From the human T2T-CHM13v2.0 reference genome, Homo sapiens: 64,000 nucleotides of DNA. Under the pieces are notes generated by a model, which saw nothing but the letters and a program-made list of their open reading frames with translations, did not search any database and had not been told where the DNA came from. Positions 1-15,713 of this stretch are shown in pieces. The position numbers and the translations under genes are program-made. Location of the stretch: the NCBI RefSeq assembly GCF_009914755.1, contig NC_060947.1; one strand, written 5' to 3'. Position 1 is the first letter of the stretch, and the number at the start of each line of letters is the position of its first letter.

Positions 1-1490
1 ATTCTTTTTTCTTTGTCTTTGATGGACTGGGTTATTTCAAATGCCTCGTCTTCACGGTCTGAAGTTCTTTCTTCTGCTTGTTCAATTCTATTGCTGAGAC
101 TTTCCAGCACATTTTGCATTTCTTTAAGTGTGTTCTTGATTTCCAGAAGTTGTGATTGTTTTTTATTTACGCTATCTATTTCACTGAAAAAATTTCCTTT
201 CATATCCTGTATCATGCTTTTTGACTCCTTTAAGGTGGACTTCACCATTCTCTGGTGTCTCCTCAATTAGCTTAATAATTGACCTTCTGGATTCTTTTTC
301 TGGCAATTCAGTGATTTTGTCTTGGTTTGGATCCATTGCTGGTGAGCTGGTATAATCTTTTGAAGGTGTTAAAGAACCTTGTTTAGTCATATTACCAGAA
401 TTATTTTACTGGTTCCTTCTCATTTTGGTAGACTATGTCAGAGGGAAGATCTGGGACTCAAGTGCTGCTGTTCAGATTCTTTTGTCCCACAAGGTGCTCT
501 CTTAATGTGGTGCTCTCCCCCTTACCCTAGGAATGGGGCTTCCTGAGAGCCAAAATGCAGTTACTGTTTTTGCATTTTTTTTGGTCTAGCCACTCAGCGA
601 AGCTACCGGGCTCCTGGCTGGTACTGGGGAGTGTCTGCAAAGACTCCCGTGATGTGATCCATCTTCAGGTCTTTTAGCCACGGATACCAGCACTTGCTCC
701 TGTGGAGGTAGCAGGGGAGTGAAGTGGACTGTGAGAGGGTTTTTGGTTGTGTTTTTAATACACTGGTTTTGTGTTGGTTGGCCTCTAGCCAGAAGGTGGC
801 GCTTTAGAGCGCATTAGTTGTGGTTCTATAGGGAGGAGGCAAACTTGCCCTAGAAACTCCTTGTTAAGTATTCAGGTTTCTCAGGCTATAGGCAGGGCCT
901 ATAAGAGATTACCACCTTTGTTTTTGGCGACTAGGGCCCGTAGAGAAAGACCACCACGTGGGGTCAGGGATAGGCATGTGGGAGGTCAGCCTCTCCTTAG
1001 GTGGGGCTTGCTGTGGCTGCTGTGGGGAATGCGGGTGTGGTTCCCAGTCCAATGGAGTTATATTCCCAGGGGGATTATGGCTGCCTCTGCTGAGTCATAC
1101 AGGTCACCAGGGAAGTAGGGAAAAGCCAGCAGTCACAGGCCTCACTTCACTCCCACTAAGCCTGTAGTCCTAAAGGCCAGTCTCACTCTCACCGTGCCCC
1201 TCCAACAGCACCAAGTCTGTTTCCAGGCAGCCAGTGACCAGGGCCAAGAACTTGGCTCAGACAATGAGCCTCCCGATTGAGAAAGCAAGCAGACTCAGTT
1301 TTTCGGTGTCTCAGGGAACCTGCAGTGGCAATCCAGTTTCTTCAAAGGGTCTGTGGATTCTCTTGGCTTTCCTGGCAACTTCCTGTGATAGTTCCTGGAG
1401 CAAAAGTTCACGATGTGAGTCTCCACACACTGTTCTGTCCATCTGAGCGGGAGCTGCAAGCTAGGCCTGCCTCCTAGTCACCATCTTAAT
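1..1490 (-). mobile_element. L1 (L1PB/L1PBa-type) 5' UTR and degenerate ORF1 start, running off the left edge of the window
   Basis: The minus-strand ORF 181..390 (MTKQGSLTPSKD...DKITELPEKE) resembles the L1 ORF1p N-terminus. The 5' UTR is GC-richer and ends at CCATCTT (~1481-1487), the reverse complement of the L1 5'-terminal AAGATGG. Confidence 0.85.
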
Positions 1491-1935
1491 TCTCAGGTAT
1501 TTCTTTATAGTAATGCAAGAACAGCCTAATACAGAAGATTGGTATGGAGAGTAGGGCATTGCTATAAATATACCTGAAAATGTGAAAGAAGCTTTGGAAC
1601 TGGGTCATGAGAAGCGGCTGGAAAAATTTGGAGGGCTCAGAAAAATACAGGATGAGGAAGATGAGGGAATATTTGGAACTTCTTAGAAACTGGTTAAATG
1701 GTTGTGACTAAAATGCTTATAGTGATGTGGACAATGAAAGCCAGGCTCCTGAGGTCTCAGATGAAAATGAGAAACTTATTGGGAATTAGAGTAAAGGTCA
1801 TTAATATTATGTCTTAGGTAAATACTTGGCTGCATTCCGTTCATGTCCTAGGGATCTTTAGAAGTTTGAACTTGAGGATGATAATCTAGTGTATCTGGTG
1901 GAAGAAATTTCTAAGCAGCCAAGCATTCAAGAGGC
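1491..1935 (+). mobile_element. MaLR MST-type LTR 3' end (1491-1533) followed by an MST-internal fragment
   Basis: CTCAGGTATTTCTTTATAG...CCTAATACA is the MST LTR end. It is followed by internal motifs GCTTTGGAACTGGG and GAGGTCTCAGATGAAAATGAGAAACTTATTGGGAA. The LTR is cut off on the left by the L1. Confidence 0.8.
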
Positions 1936-2004
1936 AGGAAAACTTGCTAGGACAATAGAAAGCAGAAGTGTTGTTGCAGAGATCCCTCCCTCTATTTTTT
2001 GTAT

Positions 2005-2175
2005 GTGTTTTTTTATTTTGGTAAGAAAACATAACATGATACCTACCTTTTAAACAAAGTTTTAAGGGCATTATTCATTACTGTGAAGTATAGGCACAAA
2101 GTTGTATGATATATCTCTAGACCTTATTCATCTTGCATAACTGAAACTTTGTATTCATTGAACAGCAAACATTCA
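2005..2175 (-). mobile_element. Old L1M (L1MA9/MB-like) 3' end fragment
   Basis: ATCTCTAGACCTTATTCATCTTGCATAACTGAAACTTTGTA is a typical antisense L1MA/MB 3' UTR motif. Confidence 0.65.
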
Positions 2176-2330
2176 CTTCTATTTTAAGGTCTGGATTTTC
2201 CAGGTAATACAGTAACTAGGCAGAATTCTATTTGCATGCATTGTATTTGAATAAGCTAATAATTTAAACACATCCACTTAGCAAAAATTGATCTATTTGG
2301 TCAAATAACCGGCTATTTTGAAAGTAAGTA

Positions 2331-2655
2331 GGCCAGGCGCAGTGGCTCACGCCTGTAATCCCAGTACTTCGGGAGGCCGAGGCGGGCGGATCACGAGGTC
2401 AACAGATCGAGACCATCCTGGCCAACATGGTGAAACCCCGTCTCTACTAAAAATACAGAAATTAGCTGGGCGTTGTGGCGCTTGCCTGTAGTCCCAGCTT
2501 CTTGGGAGGCTGAGGCAAGAGCATCGCTTGAACCTGGGAGGCAGAGGTGCAGCGAGCAGAGATCGCGCCATTGCACTCCAGCCTGGTGACAGAGCGAGAC
2601 TCTGTCTCAACAAAAAAAAAAAAAAAAAAAAGAAAGAAAAAAGAAAAAAAAGAAA
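2331..2655 (+). mobile_element. Alu, full length (AluSc-like)
   Basis: Starts GGCCAGGCGCAGTGGCTCAC. It has GATCACGAGGTCAACAGATCGAGACCATCCTGGCCAAC, the Sc-type CCTGGTGACAG and an A-rich tail. Confidence 0.95.
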
Positions 2656-3076
2656 TTGTCTACCAATATATCCAAGACACACAAACTCAGGCATGTAAAC
2701 ATGTGGCTTTATGACATATAGTGCAACACCATATGGCTCTCAAGCTCCACATCTTCATAGAGCAAACTGAAAGACTTATTCCTTTTTAGCAATTCAGCAG
2801 AATTCAGTAATTTTTAAGTCAAACTCAAGTAATGTAAACTCTTTTACTGTCTAATTCAAAGTTTAATAATTTTGGATAAATACTCATCCCTTAATAGTCT
2901 CTTTTCTTCCCTTTGTATGCCCTTTTTCCTGATATGTGCAAAGTTTCTAGGTGGTGGTGGTGGGGGCAGTGCTTATGCATCATTCTGGCATAATGAAAAT
3001 GGTTTCTCATCATTGCTAGATGAAGTTTGAGTTTTCTCCTGCCTCTCAATCTCTGGACGTCACCTTCCATCCTTAG

Positions 3077-3398
<322 letters not shown>

Positions 3399-3736
3399 TA
3401 GAAATTTGGTAAGGGTGTATTTTTTGTTTAAATCAGAGGCAACAGTTTTGAGACCTCACTTTTATATTGTTTATGTGAATTTATTACACACTGGACAATG
3501 TAAGACCATTCTGTAATATCTTCTAAAGTAATGCCTTACAAACAATAGATATATGACAAACATTTGATGAAAAGATTTGAATTATTATCTGAAATTCCAC
3601 AAAGAAATTTGAGGTTGTTCCTTAATTTGGTGAAAGTTTAGGGAGTAAAATGTAGGAATGAGAAGGTTTTGATTCACACAGTATCTCAGTTTGCATTCAT
3701 CAGATTTGTTTTATGTCTATAATTTGCATATCCAGG

Positions 3737-5260
3737 TGTATTAGTCCATTTTGATGCTGCTGATAAAGACATACCCCAGACTAGGCAATTTACAAAAAGA
3801 AGAGGTTTAATTGGACTTACAGTTCTATGTAGCTGGGGAAGCCTCAAAATTATGGCAGAAGGCAAAGAGAAGCAAGTCCCATGTTACGTGAATGGCAGCA
3901 GGCAAAGAGAGAGAGATTGATCAGGGGAACTCCTCTTTTTAAAATTATCAGATCTCATGAGACTTATTCACTGTCATGAGAACAGCATGGGAAAGACTTG
4001 CCCCCATGATTCGGTTACCTCCCACAGGGTCCCTTATACAACATGTGGGAATTCAAGATGAGATTTGGGTGGGGACACAGCCAAACCATATCATTCCACC
4101 CCTGGACCCTCGCAAATCTCATGTCCTCACATTTCAAATCCAATCATACCTTCCCAACAGTCCCCCAAAGTCTTAACTCCTTCCAGCATTAACTCAAAAG
4201 TCTACAGTCCAAAGTCTCATCCAAAGCAAGGCAAGTCCCTTCCACCTATGAGCCTGTACAATCAAAAGCAAGTTAGTTACTTCCTAGATACAATGGGGAT
4301 ACAGGCATTGGGTAAATACAGCCATTCCTAATGCAGAAATTGGCCAAAACGAAGGGGCTCCAGGGCCCATGCAAGTCTGAAATCCAGTGGGGCAGTCAAA
4401 TCTTAAAGCTCCAAAGTGATCTTCTTGAATCCATGTCTTGAATCCAGGTTATACTGATGGAAGATGTGGGTTTCCATGGTCTTGGGCAGCTCTGCCCCTT
4501 TGGCTTTGCAGGGTACAGCCTCCCTTCCGTCTGCTTTCATGGGTTGGCAATGAGTCTGTGGCTTTTCCAGGTGCACGGTGCAAGCTGTCGATGGATCTAT
4601 CATTCTGGGGTCTGGAGGATGGTGAACCTCTTCTCACAGCTCAACTAGGTAGGTGGTGCCCTAGTAGGGACTCTGTGTGGGGGCTCTGATTCCACATTTC
4701 CCTTCCACACTGCCCTTGCAGGAGTTCTCCATGAGGACCTCGCCCCTGCAGCAAACTTCTTCCTGGGCATCCAGGCATTTCCATACATCTTCTGAAATTT
4801 AGACAGAGGTTCACAAGCCTCTATTCTTGACTTCTGTGCACTTGCAGCCTCAACACCACATGGAAGCTGCCAAGGCTTGAGGCTTGCACCCTCTGAAGCC
4901 ATTGCCTGAGCTCTACCTTGGCCCCCTTCAGCCATGGCTGAACCAGCTGGGATGCAGGGCACCAAGTTTCTAGGCTGCACACAGCATGGGGACACTGGGC
5001 TCCACCCACAAAACCACTTTTTCCTCCTAGGTCTCTGGGCCTGTGATAGGAGGAGCTGCCATAAAAGGTCTCTGACATGCCCTGGCGACATTTTCCCTAT
5101 TTTCTTGGTGACTAACAATCGGCTCCTCATTACTTATGCAAATTTCTGCAGTCAGCTTGAATTGCTCCTGAGAAAATGAGACTTTCTTTCCTATTGCTTT
5201 GTTAAAAACATGCGGGAATTCAATATGACATTTGGGTGGAGACACAGCCAAACCATATGA
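3737..5260 (-). mobile_element. THE1A MaLR element: complete 3' LTR (3737-4093), partial internal region (4094-~5204) and terminal stub of the 5' LTR (~5205-5260)
   Basis: The LTR reads TGTATTAGTCC...GGACACAGCCAAACCATATCA, and its terminal motif recurs at 5231-5260. A 5-bp TSD, CCAGG, is at 3732-3736 and 5261-5265. Confidence 0.93.
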
Positions 5261-5692
5261 CCAGGTTTCACTAGGCTGTGAGTATAAAATTAGGTCACAC
5301 TGGTTTTCTTTCCTTATTACCTTTTAATGCCCAATTTACAAAAGCTCAAGCCTCTACCAAGTAGAATGTAAGAATCCACAAAACAAACTAAACCCAATTG
5401 TTTCTGGTGAAGAACAGACTTGTCAGCCGTGTATTTACAAATAATCTGTGGTGCTCTTTCTCTGCTGTTCCCATGCTTCCTAGCCAGTGGTCACTCTTCA
5501 GGCCACCACCTAAAGAATGCTCACTGTTAGTACTGTCAAGATGCTTTTTTAAGACTGCCATCATCTGTGCTAAGAGTTTTTTATCCCAGTGTCTCCAGGA
5601 ATTTCATGTAGTGATGATTTACCTACAAAGCTGGCAAGATTAGCCCTTGCCTTGGTTTGCCATCTCATTGTGTCAGCTGGGCCCTGAAATGA

Positions 5693-6080
<388 letters not shown>

Positions 6081-6887
6081 TATCACAACAATTTTTACAA
6101 CCAAACCAAGAACACTTAATATTTGCATTTCCTACCTATATCAACATATATATTTTTCAGTAAAAATCATAGAGGATATACTTACCACAGGCATTTGCCG
6201 AATGGGTGTATGCTGTCTCAATATATATTAATAATACGTTTGAAGGAGTTTATTTCCAGAATTCCAGTGCATTTCTAGCTTAAATACAGTGAATTTTAGT
6301 TAAAATTCCTTTTTTCTTTGAACATTTTCGATAATTACTTCAACTTATCATGAAATTGTACAGAAATAGAGCATATATGTTTAATAATAATAATACATTA
6401 ATAATTATGTCAAAGATATGTAACAAAAATAAATGCTTTCAAAAAACAAGCCAAAAGAGAAAATATAATTTAGTGATATTTAGATTCTTTCGAGAAAAAC
6501 AAATGTAAAAGAGAATGATAATAAAATCCCATTTACTAACTGCCAAGTGGTGAGATAAACAGTATATGCAAGACACTAGAAGGAAAAACAACTGCATGGG
6601 TAATTATAAACTTCAGTAATTCTTTTGCAATTCTTTGTTATAATTATTTTTCATTTTTCAGAGACTGTAGAAAAGTATTGTCATAATGGAATATGTAATA
6701 TAGTTCCTCATCAGAGGATTGTGTGTTAAAGATTGAAATAGGAAAATACATTCATTAATAATTAGAACTTCTCTACAATGAAATTCATATCATAAATTTC
6801 TGATTTCTGTAATGTGTGCTTAACTTCCTAACCATGTCCTTTTCCATCGGCATTTTGTAAAATCACTCAATAAGCAATTTCTAGACC

Positions 6888-7066
6888 ACAGATTTTCATG
6901 CTTCGTGGCATGTTGGAATCACCTGGGAAAGCTTTCAAGAAATAATTGATGCCAAAGATCCGCACCTGAAGATTCTGATACAATTGGTATATGGTGTGCC
7001 CTGGCATTTAAAAGGCCTAAAGCTCCACCAGGCAACTTTAACACACAGCCAAATTTGAAATGCTCT
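6888..7066. mobile_element. MER5-like (hAT-Charlie) non-autonomous DNA transposon
   Basis: The motifs GGAATCACCTGGG, GATTCTGATACAATTGGT and AGCTCCACCAGG match the MER5A/B architecture. Confidence 0.7.
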
Positions 7067-7149
7067 GTTGTAGAGTTAGAAGACGTCTTATATAAATTTC
7101 CACCCATCATGATAAACATTGTTAAAGATATAGAGGCAATAATTTATAA

Positions 7150-7382
7150 AGTTTTAGAGTAGAAGCTCTGAATTTTAATTGCCTAGATTGGAGCCTAACA
7201 TATCATGTATGTGTCACTTTAAGCAAATTATTTAACCTCATTAAAATTTAGTTCCCTCATATGTAATAAAAAGAGGAACAATGTTACTTATCTCTGATTT
7301 GTGATGAGGATAAAATTAAATAAATTTTGTAAAATATTTAGCAGAATCTGGCACATGGAGTGCACTCAATACCTATTAGCAA
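7150..7382 (+). mobile_element. MIR SINE
   Basis: Core GCAAATTATTTAACCTC...GTGATGAGGATAAAAT...TCTGGCACATGG. Confidence 0.7.
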
Positions 7383-7918
7383 TCCAAATCATGGTTATTA
7401 ATAAATTCGATAATACATGTGGTTCATATATCAAAGTATCTGGCACACTAATTATTTGTTGATATTATGTTATTATTATTATTTAAATAACATAGGTAAT
7501 TGTTGCCTCCTATGGTCACAATACTGAATGTAAACCTTCTGCAGCAGCCAATTTTTAAAGAGTTTGATTAACTCTTGCACTTAAAATATGGATGGGAATG
7601 AAATACTTCCCTTTTTTAAAGATGAATTTGGATAATGTCCCATGTTATCCATCTTCATATTCAGCATATAGCTCTGGTAGTCAAGATAAAAGGTAAATTA
7701 ATTCTGAGATATTATATGTTATATAAATAGATGAAATAATAATTTTCATCTGTTTTAGATTAACAAATGGTGTATTGTGTTTGCTTTAATATTTTCTAAG
7801 AAGTGAAAAGCTCTCATCATGTCTACTTCAAAAGTGATGCAAAAACGTGTGGTATCAAAGAGAGATAAATAAATAACACAAAAATGAATTGAAGAGTGTC
7901 ACTTAAAATTCTCATTTG

Positions 7919-10434
<2,516 letters not shown>

Positions 10435-10444
10435 GTGTATACTG

Positions 10445-12000
10445 ATTTTTAAAACTTTTTATTTTAAAATTATTTCTGAATTGTAGAAAAGTTGCATAAA
10501 TAGTACAAACTGATCTGTTTAAAGTTTTCCCTAATATTAATGTATTACATAACCACAGTGTATTTATCAAAACCAAGTTACTAACATTGGAGCATTGATA
10601 TTAACTGACCTTTAGAAGTCATTTCCATTTCACCGGCTTTTTCCCTAATGTCATTTTTGTGTTCCAGGATCCAATGCAGAAAACCACATTTAATTTAGTT
10701 GTCATGTGACCTTAGTCTCCTCTAATTGGTGACAATTCCTAAGTTATTCTTTATCTTTATGACCTTATCAGTTTTGAGAAGAGCTGGACAGTTGTTTTGT
10801 AGGATTCTTTTTAGTTTAGGTGTGTTTGATGGTATCTCACGATTAGGATTCAGTTATGGATTATTGGGATGAATACTAAAGAGGTGAGGTTCCCTTCTCA
10901 GTATAACATTTCAAGGTATTCATGAAGTGGATATGCCTGATTTCTGTTCATGCTAACCTTGGACACTTCGTTAAGATTGTATCTGACTGTTCTTTACATT
11001 AGCAAGTTACAATTATTCCATTTTAAATTAATAACTATGTTGGTAGTGATACTTTGAGACTATTTATCCTGTTTCTCCTCAAACTTTTTTTTCACTAACT
11101 TTAGTGATCACGAAGACTCATTGCTGGATCTTGCTTGCAACAATGGTCACTTAGTATTCTAATTGTGATTTTCTATTTCCCTCCATCCTTTTACATTTTT
11201 CAATTGGAATTCTTTACTAAGAAAAAGGTGTTCTATCTCCTGCATTTACATATTTATTCAGTTACTTATTTCAGTATGGACTCCTCACAGATATATACTT
11301 TATTATACAGGTTGCAATACAGTACTATCATTATACATTTCATTCTTTACAGTCTTGCAATTTTGTCCACTGGGAGCTCCTTCATGTTGAAATTCCTGGC
11401 CTTTGTTATGCCTTCTCCTTCTTTGAGCACTTCCAGACTCATTTTGTATTTTTCCTGTCCCAGTCTTGGAATGAACTACTTTATAAGCAACTCTGGTTCC
11501 TTTCAATAGAAAATGGTATTTAGAAACCAATGTCTGGGGGAAAGATGTGGACATTGCTACAGGGGTATCATTGCTTCTAGGCCTTTACATTTGGAACAGT
11601 TTGGAAACATATATGTATAATAACTCATGCATACATGTATCTATCTATCTAATATCCATATTTGTATTTCTATGCCTATATCTATCTATCCTCTATCTAT
11701 GTATATATTAAATAAATCATGGGGTCACACTGATGATATTTCCAATTCCAAACCACAAGTCTTATTCTAGCATTCATTTCCTCCTCTTTTTTTTTGTAGT
11801 TCATTTCTCCAGCAGTGAAAAAGTTGGTACTCATTGTCTACCATATATTGACTTATTTTTTTCAACCTTAGTGCACTCATACAATAATTTCGGAATTGCT
11901 AAGTCATACTTCTATGAGAACCAAATTTATTAACTGGAGTAGATACACAGGGTTATTTTTGTCTTTACCTATCTAGTCAAAATACCGGTTTCCAAAGTAA
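10445..12000 (-). mobile_element. L1MC (L1MC4-like) 3' region
   Basis: CCAGGATCCAA...TTTAGTTGTCATG...AGTCTCC and GATACTTTGAGACTAT match the antisense L1MC 3' UTR. Confidence 0.75.
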
Positions 12001-13726
12001 TCTTAGCTCCAAATATATTCAAAATATATTCATCAAAATATTATGCTGATGTTTTAACCTTCTTAATAGGAACAAAACATTGTTCTTTTAATTCTCAGAT
12101 TGAGATTTATCAAATACCCCATGCCTTCATTTCCTTGAATAATGTATCATGAGGTAATGTGTTATCTTGAGGCAGGCCATCCTACATATGGATAGTTTTA
12201 ACTATTGAACATCTCTTAATCTGAAGCCAAAATGTATCTCTCCAGCTTTTATATATTAGACCTACAGGATTATAAATAGCATATTCAAAGGTTATAGAAA
12301 TTGACTTAGAAAAAAATCTTTGGATTCTTATGATTTAATTATTTATAGGCATGTACTGGGATCATTACAGATGCTTATTTGTACATAATAATCTAGTAGA
12401 AAAAAGGAATAACTTTATTCCAGTTGTACCTGAAAGCTATGACTAATCTCATACTATGATTGTATTTATCTAATTGTTAGTGAACTGTGGCTTTCCATAT
12501 AATAACATACAAACATGTATAATAATATTAATACACACATTTAGAAAACAGTCTGTGAATACATCTTTTGTGTCATCTCTTTTGTGGAATTATTCTGGAT
12601 GAATTATCTTCCCCATAAAAAACTCCTTTGCTACAACTGAGATTTTATTAACAAAAGCAGTCATGATAAAGTGAAAGACATGTACCTTGTGTGGATAAGT
12701 GAAGTCTGTGACCCATAATTTGTTCAGTGTTAAAAAATCAATCTTTTAAGATACAATTATTTTATGAATCAGAGGGAAAATAATATTTATCATGATTAAC
12801 ACCATTGTCTTCATTGTATATTTTCTAAGCTGCTTGTGAGATAGTTCATATTTATAGATTTTTCTTTCTGCATGATGGCACAGGGCCAAGGCAGCAGGCA
12901 GAGGAGAAAGCAGATGTGCGCAGAACCAGAAGCGTCTCTGATTCTGGGTGAGCAGTGACAGGGTGATGCGCGGACTTAGGAAGGCCATCAAATACTCAAG
13001 TTCTTGGTATTCACTGATGCCAAGTACACAGTGGATGTGGCTTATATGGGATGTGTGTTGTCTTTCTTAGTGTTATTTAAATACTTTAATGCCTTATTAT
13101 ATTTTATCATCCTGTTCCTTAATACATAATGCATACTCAAAAGGTGTTTTTGAATTAATGAATGGCTTTTCAGATATTAACTGTTAAGAGTCATGGGAAA
13201 GCGAGCCACAACTTGTAGCTCAACAGTGAGTGACAGGCACGCCCATGTTTCCCAGCTGCCTTAAGGCCCAAATTCAGTGATGAGTGGGGCAGAGATTTCT
13301 GAATAATCTTTGATCCATAGTCTATGCAGAGTCCTCATAAGCTCAGAGGATAATGAAGTTGAAGCAATTCATCAGTTCTCTGAGAATTTTGTCTTCAGTA
13401 ATTGATCATTCTTTCAGCCTGTTGATTTTCCCTTTAAAGAAAAATTGTTTTTTCTCTCTTCTAGTTACTGTGAATGAACAGTGGCATTCATCATTATGAG
13501 CAATTCTAATTTCAATCGAATTTAGCTGTCATTCATTATATATTACAACTTTAGAAATAAAGTGGGATTACTGTTTGAAATAATTTTCTCATTTTTTGCC
13601 CCCAATTTTTATCAAAACCAATATAAACTAGATGATTTTAGAGTTTCGTCCTCATGGGGATATAACCTTGCTACTTAGCCCTTAATAATTATTTGACAAC
13701 AACCAGTAAGTTGAAATAAAAATATT

Positions 13727-13792
13727 TATATATATATATATGTATACATATATGTGTGTGTGTGTGTATATATATATATAGATAGATAGATA
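13727..13792. repeat. Compound (TA)n/(TG)n/(GATA)n microsatellite
   Basis: Directly visible. Confidence 0.9.
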
Positions 13793-13969
13793 CCCCCTTA
13801 TTAGCAGCATTTATATGCTTTGACATTAAGAATTAGCACAATTACTTAGGAAATTTAAGTCAAAAGTCTACTAGTGGAAAACATATTTGGATATTTCAAT
13901 CATATTCAAATAACAAATTCCTTTAAGCAAATTAGTGCAGATGCTTAACCAATTCAGATACAAAATAAA

Positions 13970-14657
13970 ATAGTATCTCCAAATTTATCCATGTTGACAC
14001 AAATGACAGATGCCCCTTCCGCCTTAAGGCTGAATAGTGTTATACTGTGTATATATACCATATTTTCTTTATCCATTCATTTGTCGGCAGACACTTAGGT
14101 TGTTATCATATCTTAGATGTTGTGAGTAATGCAGCAATGAATGTGGGAGCACAAATATCTCCTTGAGGTACTATTTTCAATGCTTTTAACTGTGTATCTA
14201 GAGAAGGGATTGCAGGGTCATTTGGTAGTTCTATTTTTTAATTTCTTTGGAGCTTCTATATGGTTTTCCACAATGGTTATGACAATCTACATTCCCACAA
14301 AGGGTACAAGACTTTCCTTTTCTTCAGACACTCACCAACACTTGTTATCTCTTGTCTTTTTGATAATAATGTGAGATGATGTCTTGTGGTTTTGATTTCC
14401 ATTGTGCTAATTAGTGGTGCTGAACACCTTTTTATATAACTGTTATCCATTTTAATGTTTTCTTTTGAAAAACATCTCTTCATGTATTTTGCTCATTTAA
14501 AAAATTAGATGGTTTTTGGTTTTCATTTTTTCCTATTGATTTGTATACATTTCTTATACATTTTGAGTATTTACCACTTATGAGATAAATGGTTTTCAAA
14601 TATTTTTTCACATTCTGTAGCCTGATTTTTTATTTCATTGGCTGTGTCTTTGGCTGT
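13970..14657 (-). mobile_element. L1MA8/9-like ORF2 3' end, the inverted segment of a 5'-inverted L1
   Basis: Antisense AAGGCTGAATAG...CATATTTTCTTTATCCATTCAT. ORF 14277..14483 contains the ORF2p-like MEIKTTRHHLT. Confidence 0.85.
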
Positions 14658-15065
14658 CTTAAATAAAATAAGCCAGACACAGAAAGAAAATGACTGCCTA
14701 ATCTTTACTTACTTATATGTGGAATCTAAGAAAAAGTAGAATACATAAAAGCCTAGAGGAGAATGGTGACATCTCCAGAGATGGAGAGGTGAGAAAAACA
14801 GGGAGATGTAGGCAAAAATGTACAAAGTCGCAGTGATGCAGGATGAGTAAGTCTAGAGATCTAATGCACACCATGAAGACTATAGTTAATACTCTAGTAT
14901 TGTATACTGGAAATTTGCTGTGAGAGTTGATTTAAGTGTTCTTATCACACACAAAAAAGATGACTGTGTTACATGATGGATATGTTAATTTGTTTGACTG
15001 TAGTAATCATTTCACTATGTATTAAAATATCATACTGTAGACCTTACATATTTACAACAACACAA
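14658..15065 (+). mobile_element. L1MA8/9-like 3' UTR, the sense segment of the same insertion
   Basis: AAATAAGCCAGACACAGAAAG...GATGGATATGTTAATTTG...GTAATCATTTCAC. Confidence 0.85.
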
Positions 15066-15713
15066 TTTTAAACAAATATTGGAGTCTAAATATTGAAAAA
15101 TAAAATGAAATAGAGCAACATGGGCAGAAACAACAGAAATAACAGAAATTGAAACAAGATATCAACTCTCAAAACAATTTTTTGTATATATCAAAATTGT
15201 TCCATTTGTCTTCTAGAAATCTAATCGTATTAACTCAGCCTGAATCAATCAATCATTTTTGAGTACTGAGTTTGTGCAAAGTGTATCATACCTAAGGATA
15301 GGATGGGGTGCATAAAGAAGGGAGCATAATTTTGTGAAAAATAATACATTTTTTTCTTCTGTGCATTTTTGTGATTATCCTTCCTGGAATAAACTTGGTG
15401 TGATTTAACCTTCTAGAAAAAAGAGCCTCGTAACTACTATTTTCAGAATACCTTTGATGACAGTTTCAAACGTCTCTAATCTTCCATATCCATTTTATCT
15501 GATAGTATCCTGGACATCTTTTTTTAAATACCCTGTCTACATTGTTGGATAACTTTGCATGTACTCAGAAATGTGCCAAAAATTATGACAATATTTATAT
15601 TACAGTTGTCCATAGTGGCAAAAAAAAAAAACCCAATGGCCCACATTGGTTTAATTATGATATGACCATATAATGGAATACCATGCTACAATAAAAAAAT
15701 ATGCTTTAGAATC

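Noticed and set aside
4065-5251. Cluster of ORFs up to 161 aa
   Set aside because: All lie inside THE1A-internal sequence and are degenerate MaLR remnants, not a host gene.
6178-6190. Consensus minus-strand donor GTG/GTAAGT
   Set aside because: No convincing matching acceptor or reading frame nearby.
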